Source of the DNA: Sphingomonas sp.
Lineage (GTDB): Bacteria; Pseudomonadota; Alphaproteobacteria; Sphingomonadales; Sphingomonadaceae
DNA length: 64,000 bases
Reading direction: 5' to 3'
NCBI GenBank assembly: GCA_043775965.1
Contig: JAYVRZ010000234.1
Span: forward strand, 41,061 to 105,060
In this document: positions 14,746 through 24,130 of the stretch, in pieces
How positions within the stretch are numbered: the first letter of the stretch is position 1
Layout: every line of letters begins with the position of its first letter
The notes under the pieces: generated by a model
The model's input: the letters and a program-made list of their open reading frames with translations, nothing else
Databases searched by the model: none
What the model was told of the DNA's origin: nothing
Translations under genes and position numbers: made by a program

Positions 14746-16382
14746 TCGGCGGGAACCATCGACGGGGCGCTGGTCGGGCTCGGCGGAGTGGGGGCAGGAT
14801 CCGCCTGGGCAGCGAACCGTGCCACGGTCGGCGTGGCCTTGCGCGGACGTTTCGCCCTGGGCTGGTAGCGGTGCACGCGGCGAGCGGTCCAGGCATAGCA
14901 TAGCCCGAGCGCGGCCAGCGTCAGGTCTACGCCCGCCAGCGTCCAGTCACCTGCGGCGATCGTCGCGATCACGCCCTTGTCGGTGGCGATCATGTCGAAC
15001 ACCGGCAGGCCGAGCAGCATCGCCGCGGTCAGGCCGAGCTGTTCGACCCAGGCGCGCTTGGGTCGGCGGACGAAGGCATGGACGAGCAGCATCGCCCAGA
15101 CCACGAACATCGCGTCGATCTCGGCTGCGCCGCGTGCCGCGAGCGCCGTCGGCAGCAGGCGGTTGGCCCACAGGAATCCTACCATCGCCGCGGGAAAGCC
15201 TGCGATGAAACCGATATTGAGCCGTTCGACCAGCCGAAAGCCGAAATGCGGGTGATCGGGGTCGGCGAGCTTCTCGCGGCGCTTGACGATCCACAGCACC
15301 AGGCCGCTCGCGACCATCAGCGATCCGCCGATGCCGCACAGGAAATAGACCCAGCGGATCACCGGCTCGGCGGAGCGGCCGGCGTGGAGGCCGATCATCA
15401 CGCCCGCGGTCTCGGCGGCAGGGCCGGGCGGCGGCGACGACCAGAGCAGCGTGCCGCGCGCGCCGTCATAGGCGAGGCTCGGGACCCGTGCCGACAGCAT
15501 CGTCGCATTGCCTTGCGTCACGGTCACGCGCGCGGGTGCGTCGCCGGGCTGCGAGACGGTGATGAAGCCGACCGGGGCACCAAGGCGATGTTCGCCGTCC
15601 TCGAGTATCGCGGCTAGGTCGACCAGCGGCGCCGGGCGACCGGTGCGGATCGCGTCGGGGGCTTGCGGGAAGGTCACCGCGAACAACGTCGCGGGATCGG
15701 TATAGTTGGCGACGGTGGCCCAGGGCATCAGCATCGCCATCAGTGTGACGAGCCCGGTATAGGTGATCATCAGGTGGAACGGCAGGCCGATGACGGCGGC
15801 GGCGTTGTGCCCGTCGAGCCACGAGCGCTGTCCCTTGGCACGGCGCAACGTGAAGAAATCCTTGAAGATCTTCTTGTGCGTGACGATCCCGCTGAGGATC
15901 GCGACGAGCATCGTCATCGCGCAGACCCCGACCAGCCAGCGCGCCCAGAGCACCGGCATGTAGCGAAGGTCGAAATGGAACCGGTAGAAGAACTCGCCGC
16001 CCCGCGTGTCGCGCGCGGTGGCGGGCAGGCCGTTCGCGCCGATCAGGGCCGACGTGTCGCCGCCGCCGCGCGGGGGGGATGCGCCTTCGGTCGGCTGGGG
16101 TTGCCAGAACAGATCCGCACCGGCCGAGCGCGTCGTCGGCACGGTGATGAACCAGGTCTTTGCGTCGGGTGCGGTCTTCAGCAGAAAGGCCTGTGCGCCG
16201 CGGACGACGCGTACCGGATCCTCGACCCGGGCCAGTTCGGGGCGCGCCCAGCGATTGAGCGGCTCGCGCCAATAGGCGACGGTGCCCGCGGCGAAGATCA
16301 CGAACAGCACCCAGCCGACCACCAGCCCCGACCAGGTGTGCAATATCGCCTGGCTGCGGCGGAAGCCCCTCGGGTTGGTCAT
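14742..16382 (-). CDS. PepSY-associated TM helix protein (iron-regulated membrane protein)
   Basis: Start MTNPRGFRRSQAILHTWSGLVVGW; motifs TRGGEFFYRFHFDL, RSWLDGHN, LPFHLMITYTGL; ATGA overlap with upstream gene. Confidence 0.9.
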   Translation of the reverse strand: MTNPRGFRRSQAILHTWSGLVVGWVLFVIFAAGTVAYWREPLNRWARPELARVEDPVRVVRGAQAFLLKTAPDAKTWFITVPTTRSAGADLFWQPQPTEGASPPRGGGDTSALIGANGLPATARDTRGGEFFYRFHFDLRYMPVLWARWLVGVCAMTMLVAILSGIVTHKKIFKDFFTLRRAKGQRSWLDGHNAAAVIGLPFHLMITYTGLVTLMAMLMPWATVANYTDPATLFAVTFPQAPDAIRTGRPAPLVDLAAILEDGEHRLGAPVGFITVSQPGDAPARVTVTQGNATMLSARVPSLAYDGARGTLLWSSPPPGPAAETAGVMIGLHAGRSAEPVIRWVYFLCGIGGSLMVASGLVLWIVKRREKLADPDHPHFGFRLVERLNIGFIAGFPAAMVGFLWANRLLPTALAARGAAEIDAMFVVWAMLLVHAFVRRPKRAWVEQLGLTAAMLLGLPVFDMIATDKGVIATIAAGDWTLAGVDLTLAALGLCYAWTARRVHRYQPRAKRPRKATPTVARFAAQADPAPTPPSPTSAPSMVPAE

Positions 16383-16780
16383 AGCCGGCCGGTCGCCTGG
16401 ATCGACAGTGCGGTGATGGTAGCGGCGATCCCGCCTGCCAGGACGAGGGTCCAGAGCGCCCTCCAGCCACTGCGGGCGGCGAACGCCCACATCGCCGCGC
16501 CGGCACAGATGGCGAAGGCCGCCAGCGTGCCGATCACCGTCGCCTCGGCACGGTCGCCGGGGAGGATTCGGGCGAGGGCCATCGCCCACAGGCTGGCGAC
16601 CGCATAGCCGATCGGGATTGCGGACAGGATGCGCAGGCCGGTGTCGCCGCGCTGCCGCCAGGATCGGGTTCTCGGGTGCGGTATCGGCTGCGGCGCTGAT
16701 GGTGGCGGTGGCGGGGGCGGCGGCGGTGGCGGGGCGGCGACCGCCAACGTCGCTTCCGCCAAAGATCGAACCGATTTCAC
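16379..16780 (-). CDS. Small membrane protein, DUF3649-like, with poly-Pro N-terminus
   Basis: RILSAIPIGYAVA...MWAFAARSGWRA; first gene of the PepSY trio; start codon uncertain. Confidence 0.7.
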   Translation of the reverse strand: MKSVRSLAEATLAVAAPPPPPPPPPPPSAPQPIPHPRTRSWRQRGDTGLRILSAIPIGYAVASLWAMALARILPGDRAEATVIGTLAAFAICAGAAMWAFAARSGWRALWTLVLAGGIAATITALSIQATGRL

Positions 16781-16800
16781 GCCGCCACTTCCAATCGCCT

Positions 16801-16819
16801 ATTGCAAATCAATAGCAGT
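16801..16819. promoter_or_regulatory. Putative Fur-type iron box
   Basis: AT-rich imperfect palindrome ATTGCAAATCAATAGCAGT directly upstream of the iron-uptake trio; resembles the TGC-N9-GCA alphaproteobacterial Fur site. Confidence 0.45.
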
Positions 16820-16934
16820 GACGCGTTTAGCAGGGTGTTTGGGTTATGCAAGTATGTTGCGGCTGGATTGCGGGCATGCTCGGCGATCAGTGTCTACACG
16901 CCGGTGCGAGGAAATCGCTAGCGGTTGGGTATCG

Positions 16935-16964
16935 TGGTCCCCGTCTTTGCAGGGATGACGACGG
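16935..16964. repeat. Solo degenerate half of a REP-like element
   Basis: TGGTCCCCGTCTTTGCAGGGATGACGACGG resembles the right arm at 57828-57858 (TAGATCCCCGCCTGCGCGGGGATGACGACGG). Confidence 0.5.
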
Positions 16965-17196
16965 ATTACATGGCGGAAGGAGATAGGCGCCGAGCAAGTA
17001 GGGTGCGCATCTGGCGATGCGGCTCCTAGCGGTGGAGAGCCACTGGGCAACGACGGACGATGCGTTTTCACCCAAGCTCCCCGATCGCGGCCGCCTTCAC
17101 CGCGGTTAGCGGCGTAGGGCGGCGGCGCCGATCACACGTCGGCGCGGGGTCTTCGGAACGGGCCGCGACCGGTTGCAACGCCGGCCGCGGGCAGGA

Positions 17197-19347
17197 TCAG
17201 AAGCGGTAGCCGATCGTCGCCTGGACGGTGCGGCGGTTGCCGTACCAGCACCAGTTATAGTTGGCGAAGCACGACGTCAGGTATTTCTTGTCGAAGATGT
17301 TGGCGCCGTTGACCGCAAGGCTGAGGCCACGAAGCGACGGTGCGAACTTCTCCAGGTCGTAGCGGATGAGCGCATCGTAGACCGTGTAGGACGGGCTGTT
17401 GCGGCCCGCCGTCTCGCCGGGCGTGACGCCGGCATAGACCTGGTCGACATGACGCACCGCGCCGCCGATCGTCAGTCCCTCCAGGCCACCGCTGCGTGGC
17501 GCCCAGTCGAGATAGGCCGACGTACCGCCACGTCCGACGGTTTCCAGACCGTGGCCGACGCGCGTTGGATCGTTCGCGTCCTCGGTCACCTTCACGCGCT
17601 GCCGGCTGAAGGCGACGCGCGCGTTGAAGCCGTAGGGCAAGGGCGCACTGCCCTCGAACTCGACGCCCTGCGAACGGACCTTGCCGGTCTGCGTCGAGAC
17701 GGTGAAGTCCGGAGTCGAGGTCAGCACGTTGGTCTGGTCGATGCGGAACCACGCGCCGGACAGCAGGATCTGCGTGCCGGGTACGGTGAACTTCGCGCCG
17801 GCCTCGAGCTGCTTGCCGAGCGACGGATCGGCGATCCCGAAGCTGCCGTCGCTGCGTTCGACCTGGCCGGACTGCTGCTCGAACGATGTCGAATAGCTGA
17901 CATAGGGGGCAAGGCCGAACGGCAGCGTGTAGAGTGCGGCGGCGCGGTAGGTGAACTTCTGGTCGTGCTTGACCTCGCCACCGACCTGTTCGGCGCGCGC
18001 CCAATCCTGCCGGCCGCTGACCACGACGCGCAGATCGCCGAGCGCCATCTGGTCCTGCGCATACAGGCCCTGCTGGCGCTGGCGGGTCGCGATATAGCCG
18101 CCGTACCCGTTCGGCACTTCCGACGGTGTCTGTGGCACCGCGACCGTTCCATAGACCGGCGCATAGCCGTTCAGCGACGGCGCCGATCCGAACATGTAAT
18201 CCTCGCCCGAATGCGCGACCTGGCGGTCGACGCCGAACAACAGGCTGTGCTTGATCGGCCCGGTCTGGATCGTACCGGTCAGCTGGTTGTCGAAGGTCCA
18301 GTTGTTCAGCTGCTCGCGCGTGGCATAGGAGGCGCGGCTGAAGGTCTGCTGCGTGGGGTCGCTCGCGTCGAGCCCGCCGCTGGTGTAGATCAGGCCGAGG
18401 TTCGATTTCACATACTGATAGCGGCCCGACGAGCGCCACGCCCAGCCGCCGCCGAAATCGTGGCGGAAGATATAGGTGAGCGCGGCCTGTTCGCGGCTGA
18501 AGCGGTTGCCGGCCTCGCCGCCGTCGAAGCTGGTCGGAAGCTTGCCGTTGGGGTTGGCGATCAGCGTGCCGCTGGCCGGGAACACGCTGTACGCGCCGTT
18601 ATACGGATCGTGCGAATAGGCACCGAGCAGCGTGAAGCTGGTCGAGCTGCCCGCGCCGACGGTGACCGCGCCCGAGACGGTCTGGCGCTCGCGCTTGCTG
18701 AACTTCTGCTGCGTGTCGGCACCGTTGACGCTGCCGTTGATCCGCCAGAGCACGCCCTCGCCGGCGCGGCCGCCGAGATCGGCATCGACGCGGTAGAGGT
18801 CGTAGCTGCCATAGGTCCCGCTGATCGCGCCGTAGAGCGTCTGGTCGAGTGGGAGCTTGCTCGATTGCGCGACGAGGCCGCCGGGGCTCGACTGGCCGTA
18901 CAGCACCGACGCCGGGCCCTTGATGACTTCGATCCGGTCGAGCCGCGAGACGTCGATCTGCGGGACGGCGTAGCCCGATGCGCTGCCGAACTGCTTCAAG
19001 CCGTCGAGATAGACCGGCGCATCGAAGCCGCGCAGCTTGAACTGGTCGTACACCTCTGCGCTGGAGCCGCGCGTTTCCGGCGTCACGCCTGCGACGAAGC
19101 GGAGGGCCTGGTTGAGGTTCTGCAGGCCCAGCGCGGCGATGTCGTCGGCGGTGATGACGCTGATCGACTGCGGCGTTTCGGCGAGCGGAGTGTCGGTCTT
19201 GGTGCCGGACGAGGCCTGGGTCCGCGCGTGCTGGCCCGTCACGACGATGATCCCCGTGTCGAGGGTGTCGGGTGCGGTCTGCGCAAGGCTGGGGGCAGCG
19301 GTCGTGGCCGAGGCCAGGAGGACGGCGATGCCGAAACGTCGGTTCAT
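17197..19347 (-). CDS. TonB-dependent siderophore receptor (FhuA/ferrichrome-like)
   Basis: IIVVTGQ, SGTKTDTPLAETPQSISVIT, DRIEVIKGPASVLYGQSSPGG, NIFDKKY..C...CWYG..RTV...YRF. Confidence 0.95.
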   Translation of the reverse strand: MNRRFGIAVLLASATTAAPSLAQTAPDTLDTGIIVVTGQHARTQASSGTKTDTPLAETPQSISVITADDIAALGLQNLNQALRFVAGVTPETRGSSAEVYDQFKLRGFDAPVYLDGLKQFGSASGYAVPQIDVSRLDRIEVIKGPASVLYGQSSPGGLVAQSSKLPLDQTLYGAISGTYGSYDLYRVDADLGGRAGEGVLWRINGSVNGADTQQKFSKRERQTVSGAVTVGAGSSTSFTLLGAYSHDPYNGAYSVFPASGTLIANPNGKLPTSFDGGEAGNRFSREQAALTYIFRHDFGGGWAWRSSGRYQYVKSNLGLIYTSGGLDASDPTQQTFSRASYATREQLNNWTFDNQLTGTIQTGPIKHSLLFGVDRQVAHSGEDYMFGSAPSLNGYAPVYGTVAVPQTPSEVPNGYGGYIATRQRQQGLYAQDQMALGDLRVVVSGRQDWARAEQVGGEVKHDQKFTYRAAALYTLPFGLAPYVSYSTSFEQQSGQVERSDGSFGIADPSLGKQLEAGAKFTVPGTQILLSGAWFRIDQTNVLTSTPDFTVSTQTGKVRSQGVEFEGSAPLPYGFNARVAFSRQRVKVTEDANDPTRVGHGLETVGRGGTSAYLDWAPRSGGLEGLTIGGAVRHVDQVYAGVTPGETAGRNSPSYTVYDALIRYDLEKFAPSLRGLSLAVNGANIFDKKYLTSCFANYNWCWYGNRRTVQATIGYRF

Positions 19348-19381
19348 TGAATCCCTTTCGTGATGCCGTCCCGCTAATGTT

Positions 19382-19400
19382 TCTGCGAACTACTATCAAT
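19382..19400. promoter_or_regulatory. Putative Fur-type iron box
   Basis: Minus strand ATTGATAGTAGTTCGCAGA about 35 bp upstream of the siderophore receptor start. Confidence 0.45.
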
Positions 19401-19553
19401 AGCGAAGTTGGCCCGCGCGGTCGGGATGCGCTTTCGTGTGGCATTCGCGCATCAGGATATGACGTGATGTGACATGCGCACCGGTGTTCGGCCTTGCATC
19501 CGCGGTGGTCCGGCAGCACCGGTCTCCGCCGAGCGCGACGACGAGGCAGGACG

Positions 19554-19883
19554 ATGAACGAACAGCAACGGGCGACCGAGATCGCGACGGCAGGCGATGC
19601 GCTGTGGTTCGCCGCGAACGGGGATCGGCGGATGCGGATCCGCAACATGGTGCCGCGCGAGTTCGTCGACGTGACGGGTTCGCCGCCGGTCGGCATGGCG
19701 TGGCGGACGATCGTGCTGGAGGCACAACCCGGCGCGCGCAGTCGGCAGGCGATCGCGCTCCCCATCGCCATGGCGATCGATACGATGCGTGACGAGGAAC
19801 TGTTCGACCTGTTCCTCCAAGTGGCCCCGAAAGGAGCACGCGCCGTGATCGCGCGGATGCGCCGAATGAAGCTGCCGGGCTGA
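19554..19883 (+). CDS. Hypothetical protein (109 aa)
   Basis: ATG after GAGGCAGGA; host-like codon usage; MNEQQRATEIATAGDALWFAANGDRRMRIR...; family not recognised. Confidence 0.65.
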   Translation: MNEQQRATEIATAGDALWFAANGDRRMRIRNMVPREFVDVTGSPPVGMAWRTIVLEAQPGARSRQAIALPIAMAIDTMRDEELFDLFLQVAPKGARAVIARMRRMKLPG

Positions 19884-20060
19884 ATCAGAGCCCGAATGGC
19901 GCTCTCAATCGCCAATTGTCCGACGTCCACCGGCGGAAGCGTCACGGGTTCTGCCATATATCCGACAAAACGAGCCAGGGGTGCGCCGAGCCGTGCTTCC
20001 CCACGGCGAATCTGCTGCTAGCTTGGTGTCAGCGACGCGCGCCGCATGGCGCCGCGTCCT

Positions 20061-20221
20061 TGGCGCCCCGACCGGATACGAGAGTGTCGCACGGACGGTC
20101 GGGGCGCCACCGTTAATGACAAATTCACCGAACGGGTGCATAGCGACGGGCAGAGGAACCGCTATAGTATCGCGTATCTTCTGCGCCCCGCAGGTTTCTT
20201 CACACGGACAGGCGGGGCGCA
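20061..20221. ncRNA. Candidate structured RNA: three hairpins sharing an ACGG(A/G)C(A/G)G motif
   Basis: Stems 20061-20074/20096-20109 (perfect 14 bp), 20140-20145/20160-20165 and 20182-20191/20212-20221. Confidence 0.35.
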
Positions 20222-20284
20222 AAACCTCCTGTCTTCGTGCGCCCACCCAGCTGGCCAGCCAGCTGCGCTGACGCCCACCCGCCT

Positions 20285-21931
20285 TCAGGCCAGCCCCTGC
20301 CGAGACAGCCGTGCATCGATCAGGTCGAGCTCGCGCCCCAATTGCTCGGCCAGCGTCACGCCGATCTCACGCCGCCGCGCCAGGTCGAAGATCGCGTTGC
20401 GTTCGGCACGGATCGCCGCCAGCCGCATGTCGCGCTCGATCGGTGCATCGGCCTGGCCCGTGCGATCCTCCGGCAGCGTGGCGAGACTGTCGATCCGCTC
20501 GCGATACTGGTCCATCAGCCGCGCGGCGACATCGGTGAACCGGTCCGCGTCGTCGCGCCCCTCCGCCATGCGGTGCTGGACGCGGTCCAGTTCCGCGATC
20601 GCCGCCTTGGCCGCCACCAGTCGCGCCCGGTCGCGCGCGGCGGCCACGCCCTCGTCCTGCGGCAGGCTCAACCCGCGCAGCAACAGCGGCAGCGCCACCG
20701 CGGCGATCACCAGCGACGACAGGATCACGCCCGAGGCGAGGAAGATCACCAGGTCGCGCGCCGGGAAGGGCGTGCCGTCGTTCAGGGTGAGCGGCAAGGT
20801 CAGCGCACCCGCCAGCGTGATCGCACCGCGCGCGCCCGCCGCCGACATCGCCGCGATGATCCGCCGCGGCGGGCTGACGGCATCGTCGTTGCGTCGGCGG
20901 GCGTGCAACAGCGTGAACTGCATCGACACCCACACCCAGCAGAACCGGAGCAGCGCCAGGCCGGCGACGACCGCGAGCACGTACACCGCCAGCCACCACG
21001 GGCTGACATGCCCGGTCGCGGTGACGGTATCGCGCGCGCGGACGAATACCTCGGGCAATTGCTCGCCGAGCAGCACGAAGATCACGCCGTTAAGCGTAAA
21101 CTGCAGCATGTCCCACACCGCGCGCCGACGAATGCGCGTACCGGCCGCCACGCTCGTCGTCGCGCCGGTAAAGGTCATCGCGATCCCGGCGGCCGCGGCG
21201 GCAAGCACGCCCGAGGCATGGACGTGCTCGGCGGCGAGATAGGCGGCGAACGGGATCAGCAGGCTGACCAGGATGTTCGATCCGGTCTCGTCGCCGAAAC
21301 GGCGCGCGAACGCCGCCTTGGTCGCGATGATCGCCCAGGTGATGCCGACGCCGATCGCCACTCCCGCCAGCGCCATCCACGCGAACGTCAGCGTCGCGGC
21401 GCCGAGCGAGAAGCTGCCGGTCAGCACCGCCGCGATCGCGAACCGCACGCAGACCAGCCCGGACGCGTCGTTGAGCAGCGCTTCGCCCTCCAGGATGTGC
21501 ATCATCCGCTTCGGGATCGGCGCCTTCTGCGCGACCGCCGACACCGCGATCGGGTCGGTCGGCGAGACGACCGCGGCCAGCGCGAACGCGACGCCCAGCG
21601 GCATCGCCGGGATCAGCCAGTGGATGAACAGCCCCATGCCAAGCACGGTCAGGAACACAAGCCCGAGCGCAAGCCCGAGGACGGCGCCGCGATCGCGGAA
21701 CAGCTCGTCCTTTGGAATCCGCCATCCGTCGAGGAACAGGAGCGGGGGGACGAGCAGCAGGAAGAACAGCTCGGGATCGAGCTCGACGCGGATATGCGCC
21801 ACCATCCCGATCAGCGCCCCGAGCGCGATCTGGACGAGCGGGCGCGGCAGCGCGGAGGGCAACATCCGCGACGCCATCCCGCTGATGACGACGGCGAGCA
21901 GCAGGAACAGGCACAGCGTAACGATCTGCAA
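20285..21931 (-). CDS. Na+/H+ antiporter, CPA1 family (YjcE-like)
   Basis: LLVPPLLFLDGW, VSPTDPIAV, ILEGEALLNDASGLV, HASGVLAA, GARGAITLAG motifs; start taken at TTG 21931 (ATG 22009 possible). Confidence 0.9.
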   Translation of the reverse strand: MQIVTLCLFLLLAVVISGMASRMLPSALPRPLVQIALGALIGMVAHIRVELDPELFFLLLVPPLLFLDGWRIPKDELFRDRGAVLGLALGLVFLTVLGMGLFIHWLIPAMPLGVAFALAAVVSPTDPIAVSAVAQKAPIPKRMMHILEGEALLNDASGLVCVRFAIAAVLTGSFSLGAATLTFAWMALAGVAIGVGITWAIIATKAAFARRFGDETGSNILVSLLIPFAAYLAAEHVHASGVLAAAAAGIAMTFTGATTSVAAGTRIRRRAVWDMLQFTLNGVIFVLLGEQLPEVFVRARDTVTATGHVSPWWLAVYVLAVVAGLALLRFCWVWVSMQFTLLHARRRNDDAVSPPRRIIAAMSAAGARGAITLAGALTLPLTLNDGTPFPARDLVIFLASGVILSSLVIAAVALPLLLRGLSLPQDEGVAAARDRARLVAAKAAIAELDRVQHRMAEGRDDADRFTDVAARLMDQYRERIDSLATLPEDRTGQADAPIERDMRLAAIRAERNAIFDLARRREIGVTLAEQLGRELDLIDARLSRQGLA

Positions 21932-22097
21932 ACGGGAAGGCCTCGTGTCGGGGGTGGGAGGCGCGGCTATACACGAAGCGGTTGTTCTTGGGACCGTTTG
22001 GTTGGCCATGGTCGTCCAGTTACGCGCCAAAGGGGTCATTGGCGGACTCCGAGGACGAGCGTAAGCTGAGCTACGCCCCAGGGGAGTCGATCGAGCC

Positions 22098-22493
22098 GTG
22101 AACAAAGCCTTTGCGCATACCGCCTGCATTCTGACGCTGTTGACCGCATGTTCGAGCGCTCATGTAGCGTCCAGTGCGCCCGGCAGATGTCCGATAAGAA
22201 TGGCCGCGACCCCGCGGCCCGTTGGGGAAGGCGTGGTGGTCAGATTGCTCACGCAGGGCGAAGCGATGGCTTTGCTTTCGACAACGCAGATCGAAGTCGG
22301 GGCACCGATCGACAGCGCGTACGTCAACAATGTTCGTGCGATCATAAGAGTCGACGATAGAACGTCGAAGACAGTGCTCATACCTTATGGGATGGAAATC
22401 GATATTGGCGATCGTGTATCGTTTCAAAGCAGCTATCGTAGCTCGCCGAGACTTTGCAGCTATGTGCCGACGCTCGCTATCCGCAAATTGTGA
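22098..22493 (+). CDS. Hypothetical lipoprotein (lower GC)
   Basis: GGGGAG RBS, GTG start, signal peptide with lipobox LTAC; AT-richer codon usage than the flanks. Confidence 0.6.
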   Translation: MNKAFAHTACILTLLTACSSAHVASSAPGRCPIRMAATPRPVGEGVVVRLLTQGEAMALLSTTQIEVGAPIDSAYVNNVRAIIRVDDRTSKTVLIPYGMEIDIGDRVSFQSSYRSSPRLCSYVPTLAIRKL

Positions 22494-22574
22494 AATGCGC
22501 GGTTAGTTCGAGCGTGTCGGCGATTTCGCCTAGATGTCCGAGCATCGGAAAATTGCAACGAAGTCCGCTTCGAC

Positions 22575-22650
22575 ATCCTCGTGACCGCAGCCATGAACTC
22601 GGCACGCAAATTCGGATCGTGCTTGATCGTGAACACAGCGGCTTCGGCAT
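22575..22650 (-). pseudogene. Remnant of an RHH/CopG-type antitoxin gene
   Basis: ATG CCG AAG followed, one base out of frame, by AVFTIKHDPNLRAEFMAAV, resembling the M-x-K-x-AVFTMKLEPELR-x-x-FMA N-terminus of a widespread RHH antitoxin family; similarity ends after about 25 codons. Confidence 0.5.
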
Positions 22651-22814
22651 GGCACACTCGCCGTCATACCGACGATGCATATTCTACTGAACCAGATCGG
22701 AGCAGTCGTGGCGGCTTTCGGAGCCGCTCCACTCGCGTAATCGGCTGGTTAGATTGGCTCGCAAGAAACGAACGAATTTCGGCGATGACAGATATCTGAC
22801 GTCTCGCGACGGCC

Positions 22815-23714
22815 CTACCGCGGGGCTTCGGCGTGGCGGACGATGTCTTCGCACAGGCGGTGGGTGGCGAGGATGGCGTCGCTGGCGGTGGGCCTAGCTT
22901 CCCGAACGCCGGCGAGGAAGTCGGCGCACATCGCGTCGAAGCCGCGTTGGCGGGTGACGGGGGTCCAGTCGCCGCGGCGGGTGTGCGTGTCGGTGCCGTG
23001 CTGGGTTTGCGTCTCGGACAGGTTGAGGACGGCGTGGCGGCGATCGCCGCCGATGATGTCGAGCCGTTCCTCGTCCAGGCCGGACTCGCGCTGCATCGTG
23101 CCGACCGAGTGGTGACCGTCGCCGGCGAGCATGAGCGTTACGCCGCCGAGCAGGCCGTCGCGGACGATCGTCTCGATCTGGACCCGCTCGATCGGGCCGG
23201 GGGCGAGGAAGCGGAGCGTGTCGATGACGTGGATGAAGTCGTCGAACACGACGCGGCGCGAGGTGTCGGGTTGCGCGCGGCGGTGCTTCTGGAGAAGCAT
23301 GAAGGCGCGCGGCTGGGTGCGGAGCGCGGCGTAATCTGGCGCGAAACGGCGGTTGAAGCCGAGGGTCAGCAGGCGATCGTGGCGGTGGGCCAGATCGACC
23401 AGCCTTGCCGCCTCGTCGAAGCTGTCCGCGAGCGGTTTGTCGACGAACACGGCGGCACCGTGCTGCAACAGCATCTCGACCATCGCGGGGTGCGCTGGGG
23501 TCGCCGAATGGACGAACGCGGCGTCGAAGCGCGTGGTGGCGAGTGCCGAGTCGAGGCTGTCGTGGAGATGTGCGATCCGGTAGGTCGCGCCGAGATCCGC
23601 AAGCACGTCGCGGTTGCGCGTGGCGAGATGCAGCTCGACGCCGGGCGTTGCCGCCAGCACCGGCAGATAGGCTTTGCGCGCGATGTCGCCGAGCCCTGCC
23701 ATCACCACGCGCAT
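22815..23714 (-). CDS. Gfo/Idh/MocA-family oxidoreductase (MviM/YceM-like)
   Basis: MRVVMAGLGDIARKAYLPVL, VFVDKPLA, GFNRRFAP, VFDDFIHVIDT. Confidence 0.9.
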   Translation of the reverse strand: MRVVMAGLGDIARKAYLPVLAATPGVELHLATRNRDVLADLGATYRIAHLHDSLDSALATTRFDAAFVHSATPAHPAMVEMLLQHGAAVFVDKPLADSFDEAARLVDLAHRHDRLLTLGFNRRFAPDYAALRTQPRAFMLLQKHRRAQPDTSRRVVFDDFIHVIDTLRFLAPGPIERVQIETIVRDGLLGGVTLMLAGDGHHSVGTMQRESGLDEERLDIIGGDRRHAVLNLSETQTQHGTDTHTRRGDWTPVTRQRGFDAMCADFLAGVREARPTASDAILATHRLCEDIVRHAEAPR

Positions 23715-23728
23715 TGTCGGTTCCGCGC

Positions 23729-24028
23729 TTATGCGGCGACGTCGATCGGCTGGGTCTGAATGATCGTCGGGCGGGCAGCGGCGAGGTCTCGCGCGGCTGC
23801 ACCGAACGCCTTGAAATGGTCCGACGTCATGTGCGCCTGCACCGCTGCATCGTCGGCGTAGAGTTCGTTGAAGACGTAGCGGCGATCGCCCTCGGTTTCG
23901 CGCCATAGCTCGTAATGGAGCACGCCGGGCTCGGCGCGCGAGGCGGCGACACAAATCCGCGCGGCCGCGACGAAGGCGTCCTCGCTGCCGGGCTTCACGG
24001 TGACGAATGCGATGATCTTCACGGACAT
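23729..24028 (-). CDS. Antibiotic biosynthesis monooxygenase / quinol monooxygenase (ABM domain)
   Basis: VKPGSEDAF...SRAEPGVLHYEL...FNELYAD..AVQAH.TSDHF; AGAGGA RBS. Confidence 0.88.
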   Translation of the reverse strand: MSVKIIAFVTVKPGSEDAFVAAARICVAASRAEPGVLHYELWRETEGDRRYVFNELYADDAAVQAHMTSDHFKAFGAAARDLAAARPTIIQTQPIDVAA

Positions 24029-24130
24029 GGGGCATCCTCTTTCTGGTTTGCACGCGTTCTGGCGTGGTCCGGCGAGCGCGGCAAGCGCCGTGATTCGTGA
24101 TGGACCGACTTCACGATCGTCGACGTCCCA

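Noticed and set aside
16844-17075. Short ORFs in the spacer between the siderophore receptor and the PepSY trio
   Set aside because: Atypical composition, no convincing RBS, and they overlap a decayed repeat.
22460-22680. ORFs 22460-22657 and 22477-22680 as intact genes
   Set aside because: Each holds only part of the frameshifted antitoxin-like remnant, and both run into the lipoprotein gene.
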